A stretch of 64,000 bases of DNA from Selaginella moellendorffii (taxonomy: Eukaryota > Plantae > Lycopodiophyta). Positions 13,777-27,519 of the stretch are shown piece by piece. A program made the position numbers and the translations under genes. The notes under the pieces were generated by a model. It worked only from the letters and a program-made list of their open reading frames with translations. It searched no databases and was not told where the DNA came from. Location: NCBI RefSeq assembly GCF_000143415.4, contig NW_003314286.1:1301718-1365717 (forward strand), given 5' to 3'. How positions within the stretch are numbered: position 1 is the stretch's first letter; every line of letters begins with the position of its first letter.

Positions 13777-14643
13777 TTATCTGCACGACTGGAATGTTAT
13801 CCCCCCGCAGAAGAATGTTACAACAAGGAAGATGAGCACGAGGATGACAAGCGCGAGGCACGCCCTGCGAGACCGGCCAAAAAGCAGATATTAAATGCAT
13901 TAGCAACACGTCGATGGAACACGTAGAGATCAGGAAACGAGGCTTACGAGAGCTTGAGCGTTTGCATCCATTGTGCGTGTCGCGCCTTGCGCGCTTGCTT
14001 CTTGAACCGGAAAGCGTTGTCTTCGATGTGCGCTGTTTTGTCCACCAGCAGCTCCAGCCGGTCGCCTCGCTCCAGGATCTTGTCGATGTTTTGGACCATG
14101 ATGCTGCGAACCTGATCATCACGGACGCACCACATCGTTACTCAAGAATGGTTTTTGCAAGGGACTCACGTCTGTGATCTCGCCCTTCACCCGGTTGATC
14201 GCGTCGGCGTTGGGATCGTTCGAGAAGAAATCCATCTGCTGGTGCAAAACCCGCGAGAACTCGTCGTTCATGGCGTACGACAGCGCGGTCTGCCCGGCTC
14301 TTCCGTAAGTTCTCGTGAACCTGGTGTGGATGTCCTCCAGGAACGCATACGGGATCCTTCCTACAAACGCAATGTGAGAAAAAGGATAGAACAAGCTTGG
14401 AAGAGAAGATATGATCAAGGACTTACTTCCAAAAGTCTCCGATGCCATACAGAGGAAGACGAGCCCATCCAAGCGCATTACATGGAAGATGTGCCTGTCC
14501 TGCGAGTAGGACATGCGGCTGTCGCCACCGGGAGGGAAATTCTCCAGGATCCGGCGCGCGATCGTGTGCGCATTGCCAGGAACCGATGCGTATTCCGCCA
14601 ACACAATCTGCCCCCTCGCCACGAGCGCGTACAAAATCGCCAT
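13777..14643 (-). CDS. VAMP71: Longin R-SNARE, VAMP71 family (VAMP714-like); exons 14643-14427, 14360-14170, 14111-13948, 13864-13777
   Basis: MAILYALVARG longin start, RIPYAFLEDIH, AYAMNDEFSRVL-like segment, synaptobrevin coil VRSIMVQNIDKILERGDRLELLVDKT, C-terminal TM ending CGGITFQSCR*. Four exons joined by GT-AG introns. Confidence 0.95.
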
Positions 14644-14923
14644 TGGGGGAATGGATAAATCACTCCTGAAATTCTCAACTATCCAGCTCCACCCCGCCCT
14701 TCCAGATCGATCCCAGAACCACGACGCACCTGTTGGATCGACTCGCGGAAAGCCCTAGCGCTACTGTTTCCCTCCCTATCGCTTCAACCCATTTTGCTTT
14801 TACTAGGCGGATCTGACCCGTTGGAATCTCGACGGGCCAGATGGGCGCATCGCAGCCGTCGGCTCGACAACGGCCCAGATCTCACTATGGAAGGTGGTTT
14901 ATTTCTCTAGAAGGAAAGAACGA

Positions 14924-17449
14924 CTACTTTGCGAAGCTATACGGTGCCAGTTTGCTCGGGGATAGCTTAGCGGGCGACACTGTACCTGATTGTGGTGGCT
15001 GGGGGAACGCAAACGCTGGGATCCCAGTCACGATGACTTCCTGCGATGGAAGCTGGTAACTTATCTCCAGATCTTCCAGCTGCTGCTTCATGTAGAGCAG
15101 CATATTGCTCCGGCGCTTGAATCGCTCGCCGGCCTCCTGGTTTGATCCAAAAGAGAAAAGAGAGAAGGGCTATCAATCACTGGAGAATGGAATGGAGAGA
15201 CTTACGTGATAGTTGAGGTGGTGCTGGAAGTAGTATCCCATCTTCATCTTGTTGCAATCGTCAATGTCCTTACACATGAGGCCGAAGTCCGGGTACCAAA
15301 ACTGCGGCTGGCTGTCCACGTATCTCTGCATTCTCTCCTTGAGCGCGCCCAGCTTCTCCAGCGGCGTGTTCATGTGTATTTGGAACTCGATTCCGTCCCA
15401 CTGGTCGGGGCTCCTGTAGTAGTTTGTGATATACTTGGTCCCCAGGATGACGTTCGGGTAGTATATTTTCTCGTTCGTAGGACTGCGGCGGAAGGAAAAT
15501 GGTTTTAGTATCTAACCAGAAAAACGGTGGAGAGACTTACCCGAGGAAAACAGTGTTGAGGACGTTCATTTCCTGAAAGCAACCCAGAACCGTAAAACAC
15601 TTTTCTACAACCAAGACTTTCTTTTTTTTTTTTCTCTCATTTGCTTACCTCTACCAGCATCATCGTCCCGTCGACGCTCACCCGGTCGCCAACGTCATAC
15701 GGATGGAGAATAAAGAGGAAAAGAAGTGCCTCAAACGTCGTCCGTGCCGCATTGCCGAATATAAAAACGCAGGGAATAAATATCGAGGAAAAGAAGACCA
15801 GCAACTTGGCGGTTTCAACACCCAGGATGAGGAGCGACACAATGATGAGACCGATGCCGAGCACCTACGGAGACGAAACACGAGTCCATCAGCTCTGGCT
15901 AAAAGAAAAATCACTTTGACGCTTATCACCTTTCGATCTTAATTCTGTTGAAGCGAGAGAAATGTACCGCATTTAGAACTCTGTGAAGCTTGGCGACAAC
16001 CGTTTTGTTGTCGTTCAAGGTCAGAGCAAGGGCCCGCCGCTCCTTGTAAACATTTACCACCCACTTCACGAAAGCCTTCTTGGTAATTGTCCCACTTTCA
16101 GTTGCCTCGAAGAGAGCAAAAGCTCGACTCGCTTTGTCCTCGGGCAAGAAGTATAAAAAATCCCTGAGCATCAGATACTTCCTCCCTGGCCTGGCAATGT
16201 TATAGAAAATCTGTAGTCAAACAGAAAGTTCTGGTCACCAGTTAAAAAATCTTGGAAATAAAGTGTGATCACCTGCTTGGCCGCAGCTTTAGCTCGTACT
16301 TCACTGTCGATCTCCCACTCGCCTTCATTTTTGGCAAACTGTGCGGAGTAACTTGCGAGATTTTTCTTCCGGATAAGCTTCATTAGACTCTTTAATGTCC
16401 AGGCAGATACATTCTGCAAAGAAACGGTGGAGCTTAGTAACCAGCTTTGCGTTGATACATTTGAAATTACCTCGGAAGTCAGCTGTTGCAACTTATCTTG
16501 TTCGATGGGATTAGCGCTCCTCGCAATAATAGGAGCCTGGAGTCTGGGCGAACCTTCTCCAACAGTAGCTTCCTGACCAGACGGAATCCTGGTCATCAGC
16601 CTGCGCATCTTGTTGGGCGACTGAGGGTTATATCTGGAAGTTATTAACTCCTCTCCTCCAGTGGGATCGGCGGTGATTTGCATTGTAGGTGGCGACGAAA
16701 GTGTAGCCAGCAAGTACTGGTTGAACAAGCACTCCTGAATCCTCTCAAAGTATGCAGATCGGTGAAATCCATTGGCTGCCACTTTGACAGCCAAAACTTT
16801 GATCATCCAGGACAGGCAAATAGTAAAAATGCACCAGAGTATCTACAAAAGAAAAGAGTATCAACGTCACCCATCCAGTACGGTAGAAGTAAATTACCCT
16901 TGTGATCACGCGCAATGCTTTGGAGTCGCGCTCTATGAACACCGTTTCCCAGATCGTGATGACAAGTGCCAGCCAGATACAGTTTTTCACGGACTTTCGT
17001 AAGCCATAGACAAAGTAAAGTACACGTTTTCTGAGGAGAAAGCGTTTTTCTATTAGAAGCACGAACGCCTGTAAAAAAACACGGATTTAGAACGATCGAC
17101 ATAGAGAGAAAGAAAACGATAAACGAACCTGTACAACCCATCCGGCAATCAACCTTCCGGAAAATATGACAAGAGCAACAGCCTGCCATCTCCAGATATT
17201 GTCACCCAACCAAGTGATATCCCTGACAACTTTGATGTTCACGGAGCATATCAGCAGCGTCACCAGGAGCACGAAGCAAACCCACTGGCAGACCACCCAA
17301 AAAAAACTCTCATCCTTCTTCAGCTTCTCCTTATACTCTGGAATAATTGTATCCTCCAAAGGATCGTCATCGTCTGGGTTGGCTTGAAGGCTCGGCTGCT
17401 TCGCAAGCGGAGTGCTTGGCTGCTTAAAAGACCCGGGAGTCGTGGAGCC

Positions 17450-17485
<36 letters not shown>

Positions 17486-18244
17486 GTGATCCGGAAGAGG
17501 AGCCGCGTGAGCCTCGGACGATGGAGTTAACGTTGTCGCAGCTCGCTTGAGATGGAGAGAGTCGGCGATTTGGTCCTTGACGGCCGGAGTTATTGGCGGA
17601 GGCTCTTGAAGGCGTGCCTTGGTTTTGCTCAAAACAGTCCCGGCCAGCGGACTCGTCAAGAGGTTGTTCACCTCCTGATCAGCGGCCTCCTCTCCTTCAC
17701 TCTCATCTTCGCTCTCTTCAGCATTCCTTGACGGTACTTTCTCCAAGATGGTGGGATGAGGAGAAGATGGTAGCTTTAGATCGGAGATCTCTGGCCTCTT
17801 GAAAGCCGCAGTACTAGTCCTCGTATCTGTCCCAGACAACTCAGCTTCCTCCCTGATCGTGGCGGCGCTGGTGCTCGTTTTCTCATCATCCTCCCGGTAG
17901 ACACCACTAGAGCTTGCCAATGGCTCTCCTCCCTCGGCATTCCTGCCAGAATCCTCCACCTGGCTCTCTAGATCACTGCTGGGAAGCGAGGAAGACGTCG
18001 AGGGCTGCTGCTCGTGCTCGCTGGAGACAATCCGAACGACCGGAATTTCCCGGCCAAAGGAAGGAATGCTGGCCAAGCGCTGCACCACAATCCTGCTTCC
18101 GTCCCGGACCTCAACATCCTTCCTAGCAATCGTCTCACCTTCCAGCGGCTCCTCGATGAGCGTCTCCGGGACTCCAATGTCCTCGGCCCCGACATCCTCG
18201 CCCAATCCGGCCTCCTCATCGCGATCCCGGTGGTGGTGGTACAT
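14924..18244 (-). CDS. MSL: MscS-like mechanosensitive channel (MSL4-10 clade), multi-exon
   Basis: Long disordered N-terminus, WRW...SGRLIAGW, RKRVLYFVYGL, FHRSAYFERIQE, ERRALALTLNDNKT, HPYDVGDR, NYYRSPDQWD. The stop at 14924 assumes no further intron. Confidence 0.93.
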
Positions 18245-18557
18245 TGCTCCAGCTACGGCAGCTCCGGAATCCTCATGCTCGATCGATCATCGCATGGCCG
18301 GCGCCCAGCGAGCCCTAAACCTAACTGCGATGGCGCGCGCAGGAATCAAACTTTATTCCTTATATCTTCCGGGAGGGAAGGGACTCGAACCCCTTGACAA
18401 AGTAGGGTTTTTGGTTAGAGAGATTCTAGGGATGGTGTGCGCCTTGCGCCCCGGCTCAAGATCCAGCTCCGTGACGGTAAGTCCTCGCAATGCCCGTTAC
18501 GACGATGTGAAATTCTTGCATTGCTAGCATTGGATCTTCTCATTCTACCCGTTGTGC

Positions 18558-18850
18558 CAAAGAGTTTGTGAAGCTTTTAGTTTCTCGAGCTCACTCTTCT
18601 AAAATCTGAGATGCTTGGAAGAATGCAGCGTCATCGTTCCAAAGAGTTTTGTGAAACTTTTAGCTTCTCAAGCTCACTCTCCTAAAACTTGAGATAGAGT
18701 TATGTGAAACTTTTTAGTTTCTCGAGCTCACTCTTGTAAAACCTGAGATGCTTGGAAGAATGAATGCTTTCGTTCCAAAGAGTTTTGTGAACCTTTTACT
18801 TTCTCGAGCTCACGCTTCTAAAACTTGAGATGCTTGGAAGAATGCAGCGT
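18558..18850. repeat. Four imperfect tandem copies of a ~60-80 bp unit directly upstream of the BTB gene
   Basis: AGAGTTT(T)GTGAA..TTTTAG.TTCTC(G)AGCTCAC.CTT.TAAAA..TGAGAT(GCTTGGAAGAATG) recurs at ~18560, ~18642, ~18697 and ~18779. Confidence 0.85.
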
Positions 18851-18854
18851 GAGC

Positions 18855-19789
18855 ATGGATTTGGCGGACGGCCTGGGCGGTGAGGTCATCCCTTGTGCGG
18901 CCGACGAGGAGGTGTCCGTGTGCTACCAGTGCGGGCAGCTCTGTGAGAACAACTTCACATACTGCCACTCGTGCTTCGAGCAGCGCTCGCAGAGCGATTT
19001 TCGCAATGAGCAGCGCTGGAGGAACACGGAGAGCAGCCTCCAGAGTGCCGAGCTAGTCCTCCAGCGGGAGCGAGCCAACATCCGGCGGCTCGAGGCCACG
19101 GTCTCGGCTTTCCGAGCGATGCTACTCCAGGCCATTCATCCCGACGTGACCATCGAAACTGGCGATGGTGATACCACTCCGGCACACCGAGCAGTCCTGG
19201 TATGCTTTCCGTATCTCTTAAGTTGCCCTTGTACACAGGAGTTCTCCTGAGTTTTTCTTTGTGTTCTTCGTTCTCTCCAGGCGAGTCGATCCCCGGTTTT
19301 CAATGCCATGTTTGAGCACGAGCTCAAAGAGAAGACTTGTGCTGTTATCCGCGTCGCTGATGTTCCCACGCCAGCCATGCGCGCTTTGCTTCTCTACTTG
19401 TACACAGGTGAAATTCGATCAAGCTCTCTCGCTCTCTCCCTTTTATTTTCCTTGAGCTCGATCTCCTCGCTACTTCTCCAGGGGAGCATGACACCAAAGT
19501 TATGAAGGATCACGGGATGGCCTTGTTGGCCGCGGCTCACAAGTACGACATCCCGGACCTCAAGAAGATCTGCGAGACGGCCGTCTCGGTTCATGCTTCC
19601 AACGCGCTCGAGGTGCTGCAAAACGCGCGGCTCTACGATGCCAACCATTTGAAGCGCGTGTGCATCGAGTGCATTGCCAGGAACATCAAGCAGCTCGCGT
19701 TTGCGGACGAGTTCCGGCAGCTCGTGTTCAAGAACGAAGATCCAGAGGCCGTCTTGGATATCATCCAGACACTTGCACATTCGTGCTGA
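18855..19789 (+). CDS. BTB/POZ domain protein with N-terminal CxxC..CxxC motif; exons 18855-19199, 19281-19407, 19482-19789
   Basis: PDVTIET...PAHRAVL|ASRSPVFNAMFEH...LLYLYTG, then LLAAAHKYDIPDLKKICE (BACK-like). Introns restore frame. Confidence 0.9.
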
Positions 19790-20179
19790 AAGAAAAAAAC
19801 AAAAAATTAAAGCATACGGTTGAATGCTCTTTCGGATTGTGTCACGCTCTTTTGACATCTCTCCGATGCTACAGCTTGTAAAGTTGCAAAGAAACGTTTG
19901 CGCTGGATATATTCTCCAAATGCTATGCTCTAAACTTGCGAGCTTTAAGGTCCTGTGAGTTCACTACCATTTGTATTTAGAAAGGTGGACAAGGAATCTC
20001 TAGATGGTTTGGTAAATGGCTATCAAAGGTTAAAAAAAGGCATTTAGATACTGTTTTAATATTAAAAGATTTAAATAATAATATATGAAGGCATATAATT
20101 TTATTATAGTAATATTCATAAAATTACCTCAAGATTTTGTTCAATATAAATTTATTATATTGCAACATTATTAACTATT

Positions 20180-22216
20180 GTAAGTGAAACCTTTGAAATC
20201 TACTATTCCCAAGATCCTGAAGTTGTTCTTTTATTGGCCCTTTTCTATCCACCACATTGCACACAAATTCACACACAAACTATAATGGGGAGCCATGTCC
20301 TCTCGACATGCTACTCTTCGAGGATTGGTCTATACCTAGGACTTTTCAATTCTAATACAAGTGGTAATATACTTGGCCACCAATAAAAGTTGAACTAATG
20401 AACAACTCTAATATCAAATTGTAAGCAATTAATTTTTTCATTCTACTTTAGTCACTTAACCACACCTCCAACCACTTCAAGGAGTTTCATTTACAACCTC
20501 CATAAGTCCAATTTAAGACTTGTGGCTTGCTAGCCTCGACAATGGCATCTATGCCCCTCAACCTTTGCACTTGGTCCAAATGCTCCACGTGTCCAATCCC
20601 ATGATCAACACCCCAAGGTACCATTGACATATCAGCTTATTACGCTAAAGCCATACCCATTCATTTTAGTTACACCAGTAATCTAACACCACCTGCATCA
20701 TAGTTCTGTCTCTCAAAGACTGGGCCATTTGTTCATGAGTGATCATCCTAAATCCACTCTTTAGCATTCTTAGGATGCCCACAAACACGGGGAACAACCA
20801 AATATCCCTTTTACAATTCCCACCAAATGACTTTTTTGTCCATAGCTGTGTTCACCAACACTATCACTAAAACAAGGCTTATAGGCCCGACCACTAAATC
20901 CCACTGCCCTTTAGGACTTCCTCACCACATGACCGTATCTTTGATCACTACACTAGAGGACCACTCCTCTTCCTTTCCATAGTCAAGAACTTTGGGACAA
21001 TATTTTGAAACACCGTGGCCTTACGCGAGCCTCATGGGTACTCTCCCCACCTTCTGCCTTTGGGTGCTCTAGCCATGGGCTTAGAGCGAGGTTCTATTGA
21101 GCCATGTCAAATATCCAAGTAGGTAGTGCCACCCACACTTGGACTGGGAGCATCGACCATTCGATCTCCTGGGGGAATTAGAGCCGGCTCTTGAACACTT
21201 CACTAAGCTACTCTACTTGTCGTTTCGTATTCACTTTACTCTTGGATTTCCCAGTGGTTAACTCATCACCCAACACCTGGGTATAGCCTTCCTAGGGGAC
21301 TCCATCTCGGGTCCATTTCGGACTCCATCTCTGGTCGATACTCCCAATTTAAGCGTGGGTGACACTACCTACTTGGATACTAGGCATGGCTCAACAGAAC
21401 CTCACTCTAAGCCCATGGCTAGAGCACTCAAAGGTGAAAGGTGGGGAGAGTACCCATGAGGCTCACGTAAGGCCACGGTGTTTTGAAATATTGTCCCAAA
21501 GTCCTTGACTATGGAAAGGAAAAGGAGTGGTCCTCTAGTGTAGTGACCAAGGATACGGTCATGTGGTGAGGAAGTCCCAGAAGACAGTGGGACTTAGTGG
21601 TCGGGCCTATAAGCCTTGTCCCAGTGGCAGTGTTGGTGAACACAGCCATAGACAGAAAAGTCACTTAGTAAGGATTGTAAAAGGGATATTGGGGAAGGTT
21701 GTTCCCCATGTCTACGGGCATCCTAAGGATGCTAAGGAGTGGATCTAGGATGATCACTCATGGACGGATGGCCCAGTGTTTGAGAGACGGGACTATGATG
21801 TAGGTGGTGTTGAACCACCGGTATGACCAAGATGAATGGGCATGACCTTAGCATAATGGGCTGATATGTCGGTGGTACCTTGGGGTGTCGGTCATGGGAT
21901 CGGATATGTGGAGCACTTGGACAAAGTGCAAAAGTTGAGGGGCATGGATGCCATTCTCGAGGTTAGCAAGCCCTAAGGCTTGAATTGGACTTATGGAGGT
22001 TGTGAATGAAACTCTTCGAAGTGGTCAGAGGTGTGATTAAGTGACTAAAGTAGAATGAAAAAATTAGTCGCTTACAATTTGGTATCGGAGCTATTCCTTA
22101 GTCTGACTTTTATTGGTGGCCAAGTATATCACTGCTTGTATTCAAATTGGAAGGTCTTAGCTATGGACGTATCTTCAAAGAGTAGCATGTCGAGAGGACA
22201 TGGCTCCCCACTACAG
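20180..22216. mobile_element. Two back-to-back (inverted) fragments of one gypsy-type LTR family, each LTR 3' part + PBS + start of internal region
   Basis: ~20282-21158 is the diverged reverse complement of ~21333-22216. The right copy ends ...GTCGCTTACA (22076) followed by PBS TGGTATCGGAGC. Same family as the solo LTR at 51572-53170. Confidence 0.85.
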
Positions 22217-22901
22217 TGTAAGCAACCAAAGAGAACGACTTGATAAGGTTCAAATATAGAGGGAAAGGGCCCATGAATAAGAGTGCACCCCCTTTTTCAA
22301 TCAATTAAGGGTCTTGGGATATTTAGAGTTAAGTGTCCTTGGGTTTAAATAGTACTGGGCTGGGTGACCTCCTGGGAAGTCCAAACTCAGGAGTTTACAT
22401 TTGGTATCAGAGGGGTCTCGGGTCCGACTTTGTTGGTTGGCTAGGGGAATCACACCACATGTTGATTGACATCTGGCTAGTCCAATTTGCTCCTATTGGG
22501 CTCGACCTGAGGGGTAGGGTGTCAAGAGAGCGGGGCTCTCGGGAGAGCTGCGGCTCTCGGCTTTTGTTCACGAGGGCGTGAACTTGCAAAGAAGCTCCTG
22601 CTGGGCTCGACCCGAGGGTAGGGTGTCAAGAGAGCGGGGCTCTCGGGAGAGCTGCGGCTCTCGGCTTTTGTTCACGAGGGTGTGAACTTGCAAAGAAGTG
22701 TGGTGGATTGTAAGCAACCAAAGAGAACGACTTGAGAGACAGTCCATGAGGTTCAAATATAAAAGGAAAGGGCCTATGAATAAGAGTGCACCCCCTTTTT
22801 CAATCGGTTAAGGGTTTTGGGATATTTGGAGTTAAACGTCCTTAGGTTTGAATAGTACTGGGCTAGGTGACCTCCAGGAAGTCCAAACTCAGGAGCTTAC
22901 A
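22217..22901 (+). mobile_element. Cassandra-type TRIM (copy 1); LTRs 22217-22399 and 22709-22901
   Basis: TGTAAGC...TTACA LTRs containing the 5S-like internal promoter GTTAA...AGTACTGGGCTGGGTGACCTCCTGGGAAGTCC. PBS TGGTATCAGAG (tRNAiMet). Short non-coding interior with an internal tandem duplication. Flanks do not match (TACAG / TCAGG). Confidence 0.9.
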
Positions 22902-25900
22902 TCAGGTTGTCCACAGGTTCCCAAGTGCGTTCTTCAGGTCCATAACCCTTCCAGTCAACCAGAAAGTAGAGTTTAGACCGTGAGATCTTGGAATCAAGGA
23001 TGTTCTGAACCTTGTACTCAGATCCATCCTTGAGCTGCACTGGTGGAGGGGGAGGAATGACCCGATTTGGAATAGGACTGGGAATATAAGGCTCAAGGAG
23101 AGAGGTGAATTTGATAGGAGGAGGGAAGTGCAAGGCGATAAGTAACAGGATTAATGATAGCAGTGATAGGGAAAGGACCGAGGTGTTTGAAATCGAGTTT
23201 GGGACATAGCCTGGTGGTGGAGATATTTTGCCTGAGGAGCCAGACTTTATCCCCAATATTGTAAGGGGGACAATCCTGACGATGGGCATTGGCAAATGTT
23301 TTGTGAGATTCCTAAGCACGATGGAGGTGGAAGGAGATGGAGTTGTGGATTTCCTGGAGGTTGGAGACAAATGTCTCAAAGCGGGGATTTGAATGAGAGG
23401 ATTCGGATGGAGAAGGAAGTGAGAGATTGAATTGGGGATTTCGGCTAGAGTTCGTAAAGAAGGGGGAAACTCGAAGAGAGGAGTGAACAGAGTTGTTATA
23501 GGAGAACTTAGCAAGGGGAAGGATATCAAACCAGTCATCCTGATGATAGTTGATGAAACACCTCAAGAATTGTTCTAACGTCTGAATCATTCGCTCGAAC
23601 TGTCCATCAGTTTGAGGATGATACGCCGAAGAGAGGTTGGCCTTCACTCCAAGCAGTTGCAAAAACCGTTGCCAGAAATGAGAGATGAACTGAGGTCCTC
23701 GATCTGAAACCACATCTGCAGGAATCCCATGAAGTCGGAAAATTTCCCTGAATACCAGTTTTGCCATGTCTTCGCCCGAAAACTCCTTGGTACACGCAGG
23801 AAGTGCGCCATCTTTGTGAAGCGATCCACCACGACTAAAATGCTATTGAAGCCTCCAGAACTCGGAAGATCACTCAAGAAATCCATGGAGATGGATGTAA
23901 GCTCCTGAGTTTGAACTTCCTGGGAGGTCACCCAGCCCAGTATTATTCAAACCCAAGGACGCTTAACCCCAAGTATCCCAAGACCCTTAACCGATTGGAA
24001 AAGGGGGTGCACTCTTATTCATGGGCCCTTTCCCTCTATATTTGAACCCCTATAGATCGTTTCTCAAGTCGTTCCCTTTGGTTGCTTACAATCCACCACG
24101 CTTCCCTGCAAGTTCACGCCCTCGTGAACAGAAGTTGAGAGCTGCAGCTCTCCCAAGAGCCTCGCTCTCTTGACACCCTACCCCTCGGGTCGAGCCCAGC
24201 GGGAGCAAACTGGACCAGCCAGATGTCAATCAACATGTGGTGTGATTCCCTTAGCCAACCAACAGAGTCAGACCTGAGACCTCTCTGATACCAAATGTAA
24301 GCTCTTGAGTTTGAACTTCCTGGGAGGTCACCCAGCCCAGTACTATTCAAACCCAAGCTTAACCCCAAGTATCCCAAGACCCTTAACCGATTGGAAAAGC
24401 GGGTGCACTCTTATTCATGGGCCCTTTCCCTCTATATTTGAACCCCTATAGATCGTTTCTCAAGTTGTTCCCTTTGGTTGCTTACAATGGATTCTTAAGG
24501 GCCTGAAGGGACTGGGAGGGAACGAAGCAAACTTGAAGGAAGGTGGCGAGGTACTTTATTTTGGGCGCAAGTGTCACAGGAGGTAACAAAAGTTTTGATG
24601 TAATCGTCCATGTGAGGCCACCAAAAGTCTCGTGCAACTAGCTCATAGGTCTTTGCGATGCCAAAGTGACCAGCAATTGGGCTATCGTGGCATGCCATCA
24701 GAACCAACCTTCAAGCATCACCTGCAGGAACATAAAGCTGCTCCCCATGGTACAACAAGCCATCTAAGAACTCGAACTCGTCAAATCGCTGGCAGTCGGG
24801 AGTCACTGGGTGTCTAGCTTGAAGATGGGGGAAAATGTCGCTGGCGAGGTCATCGGATTGAAGATCGTTTCTGATCACATCCATCAAGGAGGAGTGCTGA
24901 GGGGCCAGGGAAATTACCATAACTTGAAGCCGATCAGGACCAAGGATAACTTGATCCTGTTGATCGAAGGCAGGATTACCAAGCCTGAGACTAAGATAGG
25001 AGCGCCTTGAAAGAGCATCAAGAAGGCCTTGAAGCTTTCCAGGTTTGTATTTGATAACAAAGTCAAATTGACTCAGGAATTGTGCCCACCTTGCTTGATG
25101 ACGGCTCAAAACTCGGGAAGTGGCAAAGTACTCGAGATTTTTGTGATCCGTCCAGACTGTTGTTTGATAGCCCACCCCTCCAAGAAACGGCACCACTCTC
25201 CAAAGGAATCCACGATGGCAAGGAGCTCCCTGTCATGGATTTTGTAAGCTGTAATTCCTTCCAACAGATCTTAGGCTGATGTAGTTGGAACCAAGGAAGA
25301 CTAAGCACCACAGAGGAGGACTTGCTGTTGATGATGTTGAAGGCGATATCGGTGATGGTGGACCCGATGTGTACTCGAACGGGCAATGTTTCCCTAAGTC
25401 CAGAAGATGAAGACACAAAATGCCCGCTGATGCCTTCAACCCTCAAATCCCGTATGGTAAAAGAAAGAGGAACGTGATGTCGGGCAGCAAAGTTCGTGTC
25501 TATGAAGCAAGAAGTTGCACCTGAGTCCAGTAGCGCCAGAGCCTTGAGTCCTAATTGTCCGGTGAAAGAAAGGAGACATGGGATGCAGAAGTTGCAGGTA
25601 TTGGTGGTGGCTTTGATGAAAGGTGGTGAGGAGCTTGATAAAGAAGAAAAGTGATTTTTATTTGGGGAGTCCAAACAGACAGCTCCTACTCTGTTTGGAC
25701 AGGGTCGTTTCCCGACTGCAACAAAGGTGGATTTTGAGGCAGAGTGAACTCGAGCAGTCGGGGAGGCTTCTTGGGACACATAGCTACTTTGTGATTAGGA
25801 TCAGCACAGTAGAGGCAAAGATTATGAGATATTCGATGTTGCTTCTCAGCAGGACTCAACTTCCCTTTGATGAGTCGGGGAGTACTAGAAATATCCATCG

Positions 25901-27142
25901 GGACCAGAGCAGTAGGTTCAAGAGTATGCCCCAAAGACTCAAGCTGGGATTCTTGAGTCTAGGACGGAAAAACAGTGGCTCGGCGACTTTCCTGACGACG
26001 CTCAAAGAGACGATTGTCACATCGAACAGCTTTGTTGATGGCGTCCGACAGGTCCTTGGGATCCTCCATGCTGAGCAACAAATCCTTGACACTGTTGTTG
26101 AGGCCGAAACGAAATTGGTCAATTAGGGCTCGCTCATCCCACTAAGTGTCCAAGGCAAGGAGTTGGAACTCTGCAGCGTGAATCGAGGCAGGACGAGACC
26201 CTAAGAGAGACGTCTCATCTTTGTGGTAGCAGCCCGAACCCGATCCGTCTCGCCAAAACATGCTTCGAGCTTCTCTTTGAACAATTGAAGATCCATCAGC
26301 TCTAGAACCACGACCCTTTTCATGCTCTTCTCCAGAAGAGGAGAAAACCATGACAAAGCTGCACCTTCCACCAACATCCCAATCGCGCCGATTTGAGACT
26401 CGGGAGTGGGGTACCACCAATGTTGAAGTGCAAAGATCAGCTCTATTTGGTTCAGGAATCCGCGAAGCTCCGAACGCTTGCCTGAAAATTTCGCCGGGAT
26501 CTCACCTTCGGTTTAAGAACTTTGTTGGATCCTTGAGCCGAAAGTGAAGCAAGCTCCTGCTGCATGCGAAGAAGGGTCGCCTTCAGCTCGATATTCTCAA
26601 ACTGGATTTTTGCAAGGACTTCGGCAAAGAAATCAAGATGGCTTGGAAACTCCATCGGCAGAAAGAAAGAAAAAGGGGGAAAAAAGGAAAAGGTAGTCAA
26701 ACAATCAATACGAGCTAAAGGAAAAAAAAATGAAAAAACACAATTTGAATCAAACTATCAAGACCCCCAACAAGATCAAGACTGGAAAATGCAAAAGACA
26801 AAGAGAAAAGCTAATGGAAACAAAGAAGAAGCCTTGGATTAGTGTTGATTCAGATTGTGGAGAAATGGAACAAGGCTAACCTATATATACTATAGGTTGA
26901 TGAAGCTCCACCACTCTTGGATCAAGGACGGCCTAAATATAGCTGAGGTCGAGGAGGCGCCACATCATCATTAGGAATGTGGCTCAAGACTCAGGAATCA
27001 TACAGGAAATCAGAGAGTCAAGAATAGGGAAAAGTCTCGAGAGTCAGGAATAGGGAAGTGTCTCGAGAATCAGGAATGTGGTCTGTAGGTCAGGAATCCA
27101 GCGAGATTCAGGAATGTGGTATGAATTAAGGGATTCTTGACA
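22902..27142 (-). mobile_element. Defective Ty3/gypsy chromovirus (same family as 53618-58191): 5' LTR 27142-26756, gag, protease, RNase H remnant, integrase, chromodomain; 3' end cut by Cassandra copy 1
   Basis: ALLDSGATSCFI protease, zinc knuckle CLYCADPNHKVAMC, integrase SDRGPQF / SAYHPQTDGQ, chromodomain [18 protein letters not shown]. 387-bp LTR nearly identical to those at 53618 and 57805. Confidence 0.92.
23896..24486 (-). mobile_element. Intact Cassandra-type TRIM (copy 2) nested in the gypsy integrase
   Basis: LTRs 23896-24090 and 24296-24486 with 5S-like boxes, PBS on the minus strand (CTCTGATACCA at ~24283-24293), perfect 5-bp TSD ATGGA (23891-23895 / 24487-24491). Confidence 0.95.
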
Positions 27143-27519
27143 ATGATATGCTATTCCTTAGTTCCTTGAGTTTGCCCATTAAAGTGTTGGAAAAGGGTTA
27201 TAACATTCACTTGCTATGGTTTGTTGGTTGATTCATTAACACTTGGAATAAATTGTTGGATGGAGAAGGTGTGAAGTTTGAGGCATTAGCATCATTAACA
27301 CTTGTGCTAGTAGAAGTGGCATTGTTATTTCAAATGATAAGGAATTTTCTTTAGACCTTGATTTTTCATGTCATTTTTCTTATTAGTGTTTTGGCTTCAT
27401 ATTAGATCTTGAAGGTGATTGAAGAAGAGTGTTAGTGCAATGTGGATATCCAAAGATGTGGTTTTCATAATCAAGCCTTGAATGTTTATTTTGCATTTTG
27501 CAAATGGTGGTGTGTTGCA

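Noticed and set aside
22325-22385. 5S rRNA genes (also ~23905-23970, ~24305-24365, ~30272-30330)
   Set aside because: Only the internal promoter part of 5S is present, embedded in TRIM LTRs; no full ~120-nt gene or T-run terminator.
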